The notes beneath the pieces were generated by a model. The model had not been told where the DNA came from. It worked only from the letters and a program-made list of their open reading frames with translations, and searched no databases. A DNA stretch of 64,000 bases. It comes from Halanaeroarchaeum sp. (GTDB lineage: Archaea > Halobacteriota > Halobacteria > Halobacteriales > Halobacteriaceae). Where the stretch lies: positions 149-64,148 of the forward strand of contig JBDGUD010000041.1 in the NCBI GenBank assembly GCA_042216165.1. The letters run 5' to 3'. Below, in pieces: positions 63,646 through 64,000 of the stretch; the first letter of the stretch is position 1; the number at the start of each line of letters is the position of its first letter. A program made the translations under genes and the position numbers.

Positions 63646-63858
63646 CTATCGGCTTTCGGTCGGTGAGACGAACAGTCGCTTCAAGACGGGCGTGAAGACC
63701 GAGGCGAGGCGGGCCATCCCCCGGTTGTACTCCTCCATCGCCCGGAATGCCGCCGTCGTCGCCGTCTCGTCCTCGACGGAGTAGTGGTACGCGCACAGCC
63801 CGGCCACGGCGACCGCGCTCAGGGCGAGGAACGTCTTCAGGGCTCGTTTGAGGACCAT
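63646..63858 (-). CDS. small hypothetical membrane-anchored protein
   Basis: MVLKRALK followed by an N-terminal hydrophobic helix. Confidence 0.5.
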   Translation of the reverse strand: MVLKRALKTFLALSAVAVAGLCAYHYSVEDETATTAAFRAMEEYNRGMARLASVFTPVLKRLFVSPTESR

Positions 63859-64000
63859 ACCGTCCGTTGGTCCGGAACCCATCTAACTGTATCGCCGAGA
63901 ACAACGGGACAGACGTCCCGTTCCCGACCGCAGCGGGTCGGGCCCCCACAGCATCTGACAGATTGCGGCGTTCACCCAACGGGTCCAGTGCACGACCGCC

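Overview
GC-rich haloarchaeal (Halobacteria-like) chromosomal segment, judged from acidic proteins, archaeal markers (gatE, fen, srp19, gar1, thermosome, presenilin, rpl12) and leaderless BRE/TATA promoters. It holds about 65 mostly housekeeping genes, one tRNA-Glu(CTC), and no CRISPR array, transposase or integrase. Redox and stress genes are concentrated at 22-42 kb, and a probable 5-oxoproline catabolic cluster lies at 42-50 kb. The strongest signals not explained by the ORF track are non-coding. (1) A tRNA-like element (perfect 7-bp acceptor stem plus canonical T-arm) ends 1 nt before a start codon, inside a structured uORF-hairpin-ORF-tsaA-like unit (29.0-29.8 kb, minus strand). (2) A palindromic operator GTATTG-N11-CAATAC occupies the same promoter position at trxA-trxB, a Cys-containing TrmB/OxsR-like regulator and a CoA-disulfide reductase. 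(3) A promoter-equipped hairpin sRNA candidate sits between folP and mptE. (4) A duplicated tRNA 3' end and a decayed PIN gene suggest an eroded integration site. All calls come from reading motifs by eye; no searches were run.
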